A stretch of DNA of 64,000 bases from assembly GCA_041912555.1 (NCBI GenBank), contig JAYRMU010000017.1, positions 2,608 through 66,607 on the forward strand, written 5' to 3'. This DNA comes from Thermoanaerobaculia bacterium (GTDB lineage: Bacteria > Acidobacteriota > Thermoanaerobaculia > UBA5066 > Gp7-AA6). A program made the position numbers and the translations under genes. The notes beneath the pieces were generated by a model, which was given only the letters and a program-made list of their open reading frames with translations, was not told where the DNA came from and made no database searches. This document shows, piece after piece, positions 46,975-55,981 of this stretch (its first letter is position 1; the number at the start of each line of letters is the position of its first letter).

Positions 46975-47184
46975 TCATCGCGCGGCCGCCTTCGCCTGGT
47001 CGGCCCGCCGCTGGCGGACGCGGTCGATGGCCGCGTAGAACGCGACAACGTCCGCGGGAGCGGGGAGGGCCGCGCGCTCGAACCGAGAGAGCCGCGATTG
47101 AGTCCACCCGAGCTCGCGGGCGCACGCCGCCTGATTGAGCCCCAGACTCCTCCGCGCCACCTCTGCCACGCTGATCGGCCGCAT
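46975..47184 (-). CDS. XRE-family (Cro/cI-type) HTH transcriptional regulator
   Basis: 69 aa with LGLNQAACARELGWTQSRLSRFER as HTH_XRE. Confidence 0.7.
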   Translation of the reverse strand: MRPISVAEVARRSLGLNQAACARELGWTQSRLSRFERAALPAPADVVAFYAAIDRVRQRRADQAKAAAR

Positions 47185-47243
47185 CTCTCGTTTCTCCTGC
47201 CCCCGCTTCCGAGGGTCACGAGGATGGTGGCGTGGCTTATGCG

Positions 47244-47283
47244 CGAGACGGGGAAAAGGAAATTAACCCTCCCGGGCGGAGGG
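47244..47283 (-). terminator. Putative intrinsic terminator after the 317-aa gene
   Basis: 7-bp stem accctcc/ggagggt with loop cgggc, followed on the minus strand by a U-rich ttaatttcctttt. Confidence 0.3.
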
Positions 47284-47291
47284 TGCGGTGG

Positions 47292-48245
47292 CTACCGGGC
47301 AGCGGCCTTCCGCGTGCGTGCGTCGAGGCCGGACCGCAGAGACTTCGCGGCCTCCGCTGCCGCCTTCTCGTTCCCGTACAGGTCCGGCTGACGCTCCGCG
47401 GCCACGACGAGGCGCGCGATGCTTTCCCAGTCCTCGCGGTCGATGAACCGCGTGAACCGCTCGAGCAGGCGCTCGCCCGGGTTCGGTGTGACGGCTCGGA
47501 GAAGGAGCCGCCGGAGAAAGCGGGAGAACTCGGGCTCCCGTCCCCGTTCGCGGTCGAGGCATTCGAGGCGTAGAGCGTGGGCGAGCTCGGCCACGCGGTC
47601 GGTGGGATTGCCGAGCCCGGGCCGTTCTGCCTTCCCGAGTGCCTCGCGCTCCTTCTTCGGTAGCCGCTTTCGGGCCTCGATAGCAGCACGACGAAGGGCC
47701 TTCGTGAAGGCTCCGCCTGGCACGTGGGGGAGGTCCCAGTCGAGCTCGTGGAACAGGAGGGCTCGAGCGAGTACCGAGGGTTCGTCGCCTTTCTCACCGC
47801 GGGCCGCCATCGCGGCACGGCGGGCGGAGCTCGCGGCGAACGCGGCCGGAGCCTTCGGGTCCGGGCGTCCGCCCTCGAACCTCCGCGCGCGAAACAGCCG
47901 GACCTCGGACCGGGCGGCCTCTCTGATGCCGGGCCACGGCTGCGCCTCGCCCTTCACCGGCTCGCCCGCCTCCGCGATCCATGCCCTTGCGGACTCCACG
48001 ATCGCGTCAGGAACGCGCGTCGGCTCGCGCCACACGGGCAGCGGCCAGCCTGGAATCTCGGGCAGCACGAGGTCGTCCGGCTCCTTCCCGCGCGGTGGAA
48101 CCCTCGGGAACCCGCGAGGCATCGAGGCCAGGAAGTCCCGCCACCGGAGGCCCAGGACCTCTGGCACGATCGCGGCGAACGTGTCGTCAGGGAGCGCGAG
48201 CGCTCCTTCCCGGGATGCGATGAGCCAGAGAGCCCGATCGCTCAC
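47292..48245 (-). CDS. Hypothetical island protein (~317 aa)
   Basis: Tentative GTG start (VSDRALWLIASREG...). The C-terminal 250 aa have diverse, protein-like composition. No domain recognised. Confidence 0.5.
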   Translation of the reverse strand: MSDRALWLIASREGALALPDDTFAAIVPEVLGLRWRDFLASMPRGFPRVPPRGKEPDDLVLPEIPGWPLPVWREPTRVPDAIVESARAWIAEAGEPVKGEAQPWPGIREAARSEVRLFRARRFEGGRPDPKAPAAFAASSARRAAMAARGEKGDEPSVLARALLFHELDWDLPHVPGGAFTKALRRAAIEARKRLPKKEREALGKAERPGLGNPTDRVAELAHALRLECLDRERGREPEFSRFLRRLLLRAVTPNPGERLLERFTRFIDREDWESIARLVVAAERQPDLYGNEKAAAEAAKSLRSGLDARTRKAAAR

Positions 48246-48249
48246 GCGG

Positions 48250-48408
48250 TCAGCCCTTGCGGGCCTTCTTCTTCGCGGGCCACCGCTTCGCGCGGGCCGC
48301 CGCCAGAGCGCGCATCTTCGCTGGGGACTTCGACGCACCCCCACGGGCGCCGACACACGCGGGGCAGACCACGAGTGGCTGGACGTTCGGGTGCTTCTGG
48401 CACTTCAT
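48250..48408 (-). CDS. Possible 52-aa zinc-ribbon, Lys-rich protein
   Basis: MKCQKHPNVQPLVVCPACVGARGG...KRWPAKKKARKG; it sits just upstream of the 317-aa gene. Confidence 0.3.
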   Translation of the reverse strand: MKCQKHPNVQPLVVCPACVGARGGASKSPAKMRALAAARAKRWPAKKKARKG

Positions 48409-48531
48409 GGGACGAGATTCTATCATGAGCCGGGTTCTGAGATCAGGCCCGTCCCGCCGAGCGAAGGGGGCGGTCTAGCGCCCGAGGGCGGCCCAGACGT
48501 ACAATTCGTGTCGAAACCGAGGAGAAAAATT

Positions 48532-49270
48532 ATGAATCGCGCATCCTGTCGGCACTTGCTCGGGATGGTCTCCGTGTTCTTGTTCGTTGCAGGTTCAGCT
48601 TCGGCCGCGAACCCCGCTCCGAAAACCTACGGAACTCAGAACGTCACGTGGTATCGAGTCTCCGCGGCCGAATTCGCACCCGCGAACGGCACGGTTCCGA
48701 GTACCTCGTGGAATCCGTCCTCAAGCTATGCCTTCCGAACGTGGGGAACGGGTGGCTGGTTCTTCGCTGCTCCGCACCTGCCCGCGGGTGCCCTTCTGAC
48801 AGGCCTTGAGCTGGACGCGTGCGACACGAACGGCAGCGGGAACCATCTGGATCTTCAGCTTTATGACTGCGACCGCTTCTCGAACTGCAACGCGGTGCCG
48901 CTGACCTCGGTCTCGACGTTCGACCTCGGGCCGGGTTGCGGAAGCGTGAGTATCGACGTCACCGGCGCGAACTACACCGTGGACAATCAGGCTCACCAGC
49001 TGCTCCTCTGGGCGAACATGGCGGCCACCGACGGCACGAACCAGATCGCAGGGGCAGCCATCGGGTACGTGCTACAGGTGAGTCCCGCGCCCGGGTCGCC
49101 CACCTTCAACGACGGTCCCCACGAACGATATCGGCTTTCAATACATCGAAGCCCTCGCCGCCTCTGGCATCACGGGCGGATGCGGCGGAGGCAACTACTG
49201 CCCGGACAACCCAGTCACGCGTCGGCAGATGGCGATCTTCCTTGCGAAGGCGCTCGGATTGTCGTTCTGA
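48532..49270 (+). pseudogene. Secreted protein with C-terminal Cys-containing SLH-like domain, interrupted by a +1 frameshift near 49114
   Basis: Strong SD (aggag) and signal peptide MNRASCRHLLGMVSVFLFVAGSASA. Frame A runs to ...TFND, then the SLH-like domain DIGFQYIEALAASGITGGCGGGNYCPDNPVTRRQMAIFLAKALGLSF continues in the next frame after a TGA-blocked stretch. Joining the two frames gives TFNDVPTNDIGFQYIEAL, which matches the protease repeat SFPDVPSSNPFYPFVENL. Confidence 0.6.
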
Positions 49271-49357
49271 CGGATCAGGCCTTCTGACGGCAAGGACTCG
49301 AGCCGGGCGGGAAAACCCGGCTCGAGGTCTTTCTGGCCGCGTAAAATCCGCGGCACC

Positions 49358-49528
49358 GTGACCGACGCTGAGGAACTCCGCCGCCTGCTCCGAGAGGTAG
49401 CCCGACGAGCCGAGGCCGAGGGCGTCACCCCGCGCGACTACCTCGACCGCGAGCTCGGCCGACTCGATCGTCTCCGCCGCGCCCGGATCGAGGCGTGGAA
49501 AGCGGAGCGGAGGCGGCCGCCGTCGTAG
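49358..49528 (+). CDS. Possible small 56-aa protein (antitoxin/RHH-like?)
   Basis: GTG ORF VTDAEELRRLLREVARRAEAEGVTPRDYLDRELGRLDRLRRARIEAWKAERRRPPS. Confidence 0.2.
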   Translation: MTDAEELRRLLREVARRAEAEGVTPRDYLDRELGRLDRLRRARIEAWKAERRRPPS

Positions 49529-49723
49529 GGGCGCCCGCCCCCTGGGTTCATGACGGGAGCCGGACGGCGTAGATCCGCTCGCCCCCGAGGTCCAGAACCT
49601 CCACGCGCTCGCGTGGGTTCCGGTTCTTCGAGGGTGGCCGCGCGTCCCTCAAGTCCCCGCGCACCTCGCCGTTCGCAGCACGGACCGCCGACACCTTGCG
49701 CGGCTGGCGGTAGGCGAGCGGGT

Positions 49724-50419
49724 TCACGCGGCCCCCGGTCCGTCGTTGCCCGCGTCCTCGAGCGACCGGGTCGCCGCCGCGTCCGCGCGGAGATAGCGGC
49801 GGACGGCCGCCGGGGTGCGGAGCCACCACCGCCACCGGAACCGGAGCCACGCGGCGAACTCGCACGGCGCGTGGAGGTACGGCCACCACGTCCCACGCTT
49901 CGCCCACCCGTACCGGCGTTCGAGGTGACGCTCGAGCGGGCGGAGCGCGGTGTGGTAGAGCCAGAGCGGGTGCAGCTTGATCTTCGCCCGCTGCCACCAC
50001 ACCCAGAGCGGGCGGTGGGGCCGTACCAGGCGGAGGGCGAGGAGGAGCGCCCAGAGCAGAACGACCGGACATTCGCACGGCACGCGGCCGACGATTCCCT
50101 CGACGTCGTTCGGGCAGTCGCGGCCGTGGAAGGCCTGCACCTCCACGCCCTCGAACTCGAGGGCGTCACCGAGGTCGCCGTCCTCGTGGAGCCGCGAAAC
50201 CGTCAGCACGAGGTCGGCGGCCTCGGGGATGCACCGCGTGCTGTAGCCCTCCGCCACGCCGAAGCGGCCATCTGGCCACGTGAAAACGTACCGCTGGTAG
50301 CCGTCCACGAGGACCTTGCCCCGAGCGAAGGCGACCGAGGCCTCGAGCCCCTCGCGGGCCGAGAGGCCGCGCGTGGTCTGGAATTCCACCGATCCGAAAA
50401 GGTCCCGCTTTATCCCCAT
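49724..50419 (-). CDS. Hypothetical membrane protein with Trp/Arg-rich C-terminus (231 aa)
   Basis: A ~120-aa N-terminal domain, TM helix VVLLWALLLALRLV, then a W/R/H-rich tail (12 Trp in 100 aa). Confidence 0.5.
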   Translation of the reverse strand: MGIKRDLFGSVEFQTTRGLSAREGLEASVAFARGKVLVDGYQRYVFTWPDGRFGVAEGYSTRCIPEAADLVLTVSRLHEDGDLGDALEFEGVEVQAFHGRDCPNDVEGIVGRVPCECPVVLLWALLLALRLVRPHRPLWVWWQRAKIKLHPLWLYHTALRPLERHLERRYGWAKRGTWWPYLHAPCEFAAWLRFRWRWWLRTPAAVRRYLRADAAATRSLEDAGNDGPGAA

Positions 50420-52617
50420 CCCTCACCCATTCCCCCGCGTAGAGAACCGCGGGCGCTCTCGAACGGATCGCTTCCCTCGGCGCGATACGGGTCCACGGTG
50501 AGCCGTTCGCCCCGGTGGCCGAACCCGCCGTGATCTGGCACCGACCCGAGTCCTAGCGCGTTCGTTCCAGGCTTCGGGATCGAAGCCACGAGGCCGCGCC
50601 CGAGGGCCGCGTCGGCCGTGATCGCGCCCTTGCCGCGGCGGCCCTCGGCGTAGCAGAGAGCCATCTGGCGGAGCGCGTCCACAAGGTCATCCGCCTGCCC
50701 CTTGAAACGCCTCTCGCCCTTCGTGGTCGTGGCCTCCGAGGTGTGACCGAGCAGGAGCGTCGTGAGCGCGATCTTCGTCTCCGAGGCTCCGCCGTCGCCG
50801 GCGGGCAGCGAAATGCGCCCGGCCTGCAGGAGTTTCTCGAGGACCCTCGTACCGAATTCTTTATTCGAGAGGCGGTGCGGCGTGGGCTCGCCCCCGACCA
50901 GGCGGTCCGGGTTCAGGAGTGGCTCGCCCGTCGTCACGTCGATCGCGTCCGTTTTTTCCGAGAACGCGCGGGCGCTCATGCGGGAAGCGAGATCGAGGGG
51001 CTCGCGGCAGATCGGGCAGTAGCGGAAGGAGTCGCCCTCGGTGAGGAACGAGACGGCACCCGCGCCCGCGTTGCCCGCGTCCACCGAATACCGGACCTCG
51101 TGGCCGAAGGCGTGGTCGAGGCGCGCGATTATCACGGCCTGCCGCGAGTAGTTGAAGTAGCGGAGCCGCACCCGCGCGAGCATCGAGAGGTGGCCGCCGA
51201 GGTCCCGAAAGTAGGTGAGCTCCGAAGCGTCCACGCGCTCGCCCAGGTCGAACCCCGCGAGCAGGTCCGGGTTCACGAAGTCCGCCGTCGATGGCATGAG
51301 TCCCGCGATGCGATCGGCCAGGCCCACGGCGTCGAACGGGACGCCGCGCTCCGAGACGGTGACGTCCTCGGAGTGGTCGCCCTCGAGCGTCTCGCCCTCC
51401 GGGGCGGGCCTCGAGGCGCGGAGCGCCACCGCTTCCTTGTCCGTGTCGATCTCCGCCGTGACGAAGCGGTAGGTCGGCAGGAATTTCAGGCACGGCCCGA
51501 GCAATTCGATCCCGAACACCGAGCGATTCGGAGTACCCCAGCCGCCGAGAACGTTGCTGATCCAGCCGTCGCTTTTTTCGCCACCATAGGCCGCGGACAG
51601 CTCGGCCGCGATCTGCTCGTCCCAGAGAGGGCGCGGGAGGTCCATCTTCGTGATCGTGAAGCGGCGGAAACGCGGGGCCTCGCCCTGCTCCGCCTCCGCC
51701 GCGACCGCCGCCGAGTCGTAGGGGATCGCGCGCTCGTAGTGCCGGTAGAACTCCCCGCTGTAGTCCGAGTCCGGGGTCGAATAGATGCGGAACACACACC
51801 CCGGATCAGCGGCCCTCCAGAGCTCGCTCCATTGCTGCGGATTTTTAGCTTTAACGGCCTCGTCAAACCGGATGGTCGGCGCGTAGTGGCCGCCACGGAG
51901 CGAGCGGCCGTCGTGCGCGACGAGGCGAATCTCGAAGCGGGCGCCGTTTTTAAAAACCTTCGAGCGGTACGGCTTGATGTGGCTCTCGATCACGCCGCCG
52001 CCGATGTTCGGGTTCTGCGCCAGCTGCGCCTCGAGCTCGGCCCAGATCGGGGCGATGGTCGTGTCGCTGTCCGCGATGATCGCGGAGTGGACGCCCGCCC
52101 CGAGCGTGTCCACCTCGAACAGCGTCCCGAGAACGATGTCGCGCGTCTTGCCTACGGCGGAGGCCGCGCACACCAGGACGCTGCCCCGGAGGTTCGCAAG
52201 CTGCTGCTGGATCGGGTACAGGGTCCACGGGTCCCCGGCCTGCACCCACACCTTGCCGGTCCGGTCTTTCAGCGAGGACCGCTCGCGGAGGTTCACGGTC
52301 GCCCACGCCACCACGTCCCCCGGGTTTACGCCGTCGCCCGCCGCGATGATGCGGTCGAGGTCCCGCCAGGTCAGCGGCACCTTCACGACGCCGCCCTCGG
52401 GCGTGGGCATCGGCCAGATCGGAACCCCGCGCTCGATGTGTTCGGGCCGAATCCCGAGGCTCGCCATCCCCCGGGCCACCGTCTCCGAGGGAAGGAGCGA
52501 CGGGGGCCCGCCGAGGTTCTCGGCCGCCGCCTTCTTCCTCGGCCCGCGCGTCGGTTTCCTGCTCGCGCCCACCTTCGGTTTCCTGCTCCTCCCCGTGGCC
52601 GTCCGCTTCGTGGTCAT
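50410..52617 (-). CDS. terL: Phage terminase large subunit-like ATPase/nuclease (735 aa)
   Basis: An adenine-binding YxxQ-like LYPIQQQ lies ~15 aa upstream of the P-loop AASAVGKT. A Walker-B-like AIIADSD follows, then a large C-terminal domain. It sits downstream of a terS-like gene with an ATGA overlap. Confidence 0.55.
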   Translation of the reverse strand: MTTKRTATGRSRKPKVGASRKPTRGPRKKAAAENLGGPPSLLPSETVARGMASLGIRPEHIERGVPIWPMPTPEGGVVKVPLTWRDLDRIIAAGDGVNPGDVVAWATVNLRERSSLKDRTGKVWVQAGDPWTLYPIQQQLANLRGSVLVCAASAVGKTRDIVLGTLFEVDTLGAGVHSAIIADSDTTIAPIWAELEAQLAQNPNIGGGVIESHIKPYRSKVFKNGARFEIRLVAHDGRSLRGGHYAPTIRFDEAVKAKNPQQWSELWRAADPGCVFRIYSTPDSDYSGEFYRHYERAIPYDSAAVAAEAEQGEAPRFRRFTITKMDLPRPLWDEQIAAELSAAYGGEKSDGWISNVLGGWGTPNRSVFGIELLGPCLKFLPTYRFVTAEIDTDKEAVALRASRPAPEGETLEGDHSEDVTVSERGVPFDAVGLADRIAGLMPSTADFVNPDLLAGFDLGERVDASELTYFRDLGGHLSMLARVRLRYFNYSRQAVIIARLDHAFGHEVRYSVDAGNAGAGAVSFLTEGDSFRYCPICREPLDLASRMSARAFSEKTDAIDVTTGEPLLNPDRLVGGEPTPHRLSNKEFGTRVLEKLLQAGRISLPAGDGGASETKIALTTLLLGHTSEATTTKGERRFKGQADDLVDALRQMALCYAEGRRGKGAITADAALGRGLVASIPKPGTNALGLGSVPDHGGFGHRGERLTVDPYRAEGSDPFESARGSLRGGMGEGWG

Positions 52618-53231
52618 GGCTTCTTCTCCGGGGTCACGTCGATCGCTCCCGCCGCGAGTTCGGCCCGGCGAAGGGCGATGCCAGCCCGGAGGTCCGCATC
52701 GCGCCGGAGAAACGCCGCCTGCGCGTCCTCGACGGCACCCGTGCCGCGGCTCTTTTTCGTCAGGCGCATCGCGTCAGCTGTTCCGCCCGTGAATTCGGTC
52801 GCCTTCGCAAGATGTTCGAGGAGGGGGTTCGATTTCACGCGCACGCCCACCGGCCGCTGATCCTTGTCGAACAGCTGCTCCTCGATCAGGACGCCCGTCT
52901 CCTGCACCTTGTCCCGCATCTCCCGGCGCGTGATCTCGTTCTCCGTGTAGGCGAGCGCCTGTATTTCCTCGACCGCCTCGAACCCGCCGCCCGTCTGCGC
53001 CTCTCGAGCCGCCCGGAAAATCGCGTCACCCTCCGCGCCCAGACGCCGCCGCATCGACTTCGCCGTGCGGACCTCGAGCGCCTGCCGGGGCGAGACGTAG
53101 GTGCTGCGCGCGTACTTGCCCGTGCGGAGGTTCGCCACCCGGGACGCCGCCGCCGCGCTCGGGCTCAACGGCCCGAGTCGCACGCCCTTCACGCGGCCGT
53201 TCGCCTTCGGCTTTTTCCGGCGTGCCGTCAC
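52614..53231 (-). CDS. terS: Putative terminase small subunit / basic DNA-binding protein (205 aa)
   Basis: Basic N-terminus MTARRKKPKANGRVKG... It is translationally coupled immediately upstream of terL. Confidence 0.4.
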   Translation of the reverse strand: MTARRKKPKANGRVKGVRLGPLSPSAAAASRVANLRTGKYARSTYVSPRQALEVRTAKSMRRRLGAEGDAIFRAAREAQTGGGFEAVEEIQALAYTENEITRREMRDKVQETGVLIEEQLFDKDQRPVGVRVKSNPLLEHLAKATEFTGGTADAMRLTKKSRGTGAVEDAQAAFLRRDADLRAGIALRRAELAAGAIDVTPEKKP

Positions 53232-53446
53232 GGGCGCGCCTTCCCGACGCGGCCCTCCGCCCGGAGACGCTCCACGACCGCCTTCATCCGCCTGCTCTGC
53301 GCCTCGCGTTGTGCCGGGTCCTTCCAGCGTGCGTTCGCGGCCCGCCTCGCCAGCTTGCGAGCCCGAGCCGTCGAGAGACTGGCCGCACGTGCGTGGCCGC
53401 CACGCCTTCCCGCTTCCCGCGCGAGGTCCTCACCGTTCAGGAACAT
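53228..53446 (-). CDS. Small basic protein (72 aa)
   Basis: MFLNGEDLAREAGRRGGHARAASLSTARARKLARRAANARWKD... with a good SD (ggagg); ATGA overlap with terS. Confidence 0.4.
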   Translation of the reverse strand: MFLNGEDLAREAGRRGGHARAASLSTARARKLARRAANARWKDPAQREAQSRRMKAVVERLRAEGRVGKARP

Positions 53447-54419
53447 CTGCACGCCTCCACTTCCAGAGATAGCAGGCGAGTCAAATGCGCGGCAGCGTGC
53501 GTGAGTGGGTGCGGCGGGAAAATGCCTTTTTCCCTCCACGGCCCGGTCGCGGTTCGGGCAGGTCACGTGAGGGCGCGACCGGGGCCTCCTTCCTTTTTCT
53601 GGCCTTCCCGGCCGCGGCGGCCGTCTGCGGCGATCACCCGGCGGGGCGTGCGTGCGTCTGGCCTGCCTCGCGCTCGAGGGCGTCCAGCTTCGAGGGCCGG
53701 GGCCGCGCGGCATCGCCTACCCAGGGCGAACGCGAATCGCCCAGAGGCGAACGCCCAGAGGAGCAGGCGAAGGCGAGAGCCTCATCGCCCTCACCCTTTC
53801 GAGAGCGAAGCGAGCGAGAAAGAGGAATCACGAGCGAGAAAGGCGAGAAAGTGGAGCGTGTGAGCTCTGCCCGGGCGGCATCGAGGGCGGCCTTTTCCGG
53901 TCACGAACAGGTACAGGGCGAGCGCGAGGCGTTGAACCTCTTGAGCGTGTGAGGCTTGCAGCGTCGTGCGTGGGCCCATTCGGTCCTCCACACGATGCGC
54001 GCCCACGCTATCCGCAGGAATGGCGCGTATTGATAGAGCAGGTCTGCCGCCGCCTGCCGGTTACATGGGTTCCGGGGACCCCTGAACGCTGGCGGGCGCT
54101 CTGGAAGCGGGCGCCCGCGATGAGCGTGGACGAGGGCGAAGGCCCGGGCGAACGTGCGCCTTTTTTTCGAGGGTGTTTTCGCGCGCCCGGCCGGGACAGC
54201 TCGAGGACGCCGGGCCCGCTGGCCGCGGGGAATCTCGAGGTCGAGGCCGGGGCTCGTGCGCGCGAACGTGCAGACGAGCCACCGAGACGGTCACGGACCC
54301 ACGTTCCAGGCGGGGGCGTCCGGGCGGCGGCCGCGCGGGTCAGAACTGCCCGAACCCAGAACCTCAGAGAAGTGGGGATATGCGAGGCCCTGAACGTGAG
54401 GGCGAAGGCGGGCCGCGCC

Positions 54420-55445
54420 CTACTCGACCGGCTCGAGGCCGAGCGGCGACGAGAGGGCCGCGCTCGGACCCCACGGCGCGACCCGGTTCGCCTTGCCCGC
54501 GATCGCCGCTTCGCTCCCGAGCAGGATGTAGCGGCGGGTCGTCTCAAGCGACCGATGCCGAAGCCACGCCTGAATCTCGAGGAGCGGGACGCCCCGCGCG
54601 TAGAGGTGCGTGGCCCGCGAGTACCGGAGCGCGTGTCCAGAGAGCCGCCGGTTCCCGGCCTCGATCCCGGCCGCGGCCATGCGTTTCTCGAGGACCGCGC
54701 GAAAACCGTTCGCCCCGATGCCCGCCACCGAGTCCCGCGTCGTGGGGCCGAACGGCGGAAAGAGGGCGGCGTGTTGAACCCCGGCCCGCTCGAGCTCCGC
54801 GAGGTAGTCCCGCACGAGGCCATCGACCTTCGGGTCCACGCGCCTCGTGACCGGGGCGGCGGAGTGCTTCGCCTCCCTGATCGTGAGAAACGAGCCGTTC
54901 TTTCGGACGGCGTAGTCGGCCAGGCGAAGGGCTCCGATTTCCCCGACGCGGAGGGCCTGCATATACGCGAGGCCGAGGGCCGCGCGATCGCGGGCCTCGG
55001 TGAGGAGCCACACGCGAGCGCGAAGGCGGAAGAATTCGTCCGGCTCGTCCGGGCCCTGAACCGGCGCGGCCGTCCGGGCCTCGAGGATGAGCCGCCCGAC
55101 CTCCGCCTCGGTGAACACGTCGATGCGGCGGCGTTCGCGGGCCTTCCACACGACCATGCCCTTCGAGGGGTTCGCGGGCGTGAGGCCGCGCGAGCTCGTG
55201 AACTCGAAGAACACCGACAAGGCCGTCAGGCGTCCCCGGCGGGTGGCCTCGGACAGTCCCGCGTGGGCCAGCTTCGAGGCATAGCGGTCGAGGTCCGCCA
55301 GCGTGACGCGGGAGAAGTCCTCGACCCCGAGCCGCCGCCGAAGGTCCCGCACGGCGTCCGCGTAGGTCGTGGCGGTGTTCTCGGCGTTGCCGCGCGTGTC
55401 CACCAGGTACGCGACGAAGGCGGAAAGGATCTCGTCGGCGGTCAT
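54420..55445 (-). CDS. Second tyrosine recombinase (XerC/D-like integrase) near attR
   Basis: N-terminal SAM-like domain MTADEILSAFVAYLVDTRGNAENTATTYADAVRDL and C-terminal ...HALRYSRATHLYARGVPLLEIQAWLRHRSLETTRRY (R..H..R..Y). Confidence 0.8.
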   Translation of the reverse strand: MTADEILSAFVAYLVDTRGNAENTATTYADAVRDLRRRLGVEDFSRVTLADLDRYASKLAHAGLSEATRRGRLTALSVFFEFTSSRGLTPANPSKGMVVWKARERRRIDVFTEAEVGRLILEARTAAPVQGPDEPDEFFRLRARVWLLTEARDRAALGLAYMQALRVGEIGALRLADYAVRKNGSFLTIREAKHSAAPVTRRVDPKVDGLVRDYLAELERAGVQHAALFPPFGPTTRDSVAGIGANGFRAVLEKRMAAAGIEAGNRRLSGHALRYSRATHLYARGVPLLEIQAWLRHRSLETTRRYILLGSEAAIAGKANRVAPWGPSAALSSPLGLEPVE

Positions 55446-55711
55446 TCGGCGGGGCCGCCTCCACGGAACGGCCGCGAGCGCGCGACCTCGGTCCGTTTCC
55501 GGTGGAGGTCCGGGGCCTCGCGGGCCACGAGGCGGCGGATCGAGCCTTCGAGAACGCGCACGCGGCGGGACCGTTGAAGGTTCCGCGAGACGTCGCGGTA
55601 GGACAGCACCGGGAGGCCGTCCGGCCCGAACATCTCGCACCGCCCGAGAATCCACGCCTTCTCGTCGCGCGTGAGGTCCCCGAGCCGCGCGATCTCGATC
55701 CGCTTCTTCAT
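55442..55711 (-). CDS. Small protein upstream of second recombinase (89 aa; possible recombination directionality/regulatory factor)
   Basis: MKKRIEIARLGDLTRDEKAWILGRCEMFGPDGLPVLSYRDV... with a strong SD (gaggag); ATGA overlap with the recombinase. Confidence 0.5.
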   Translation of the reverse strand: MKKRIEIARLGDLTRDEKAWILGRCEMFGPDGLPVLSYRDVSRNLQRSRRVRVLEGSIRRLVAREAPDLHRKRTEVARSRPFRGGGPAE

Positions 55712-55858
55712 TGCGTCTCCTCGCGACCTATTCGTGACCGGATCACCTGATGGCAGGGGATAGCAGAGGGGAGGCGGGAGATTTTCGAGGGAGCAGAAAA
55801 GCCAGCATTCACGGGCCTTTTCCGCTCACCGAGATTCACGCGATAGCAGGCCCCGCGT

Positions 55859-55905
<47 letters not shown>

Positions 55906-55981
55906 TCTCTCCCCTCGCGTGCCGGCGGTTCGCGTTCCCGGCCTCCCATGCACCGGGGGAGCACTCCGGGGGGATGAGCCT

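Noticed and set aside
47237-47818. 193-aa Ser/Arg-rich ORF 47237..47818 (-) and 47724..48428 (+)
   Set aside because: They overlap the more protein-like 317-aa gene (47292..48245) in other frames and have artefact composition.
53485-55577. ORFs 53485..53952 (+), 53652..55577 (+), 54008..54823 (-), 53634..53831 (-), 53791..54006 (-)
   Set aside because: The Arg/Ala/Gly-rich products lack RBS or domain signals. 53652..55577 lies antisense to the well-supported second recombinase. The region is treated as non-coding plus the recombinase.
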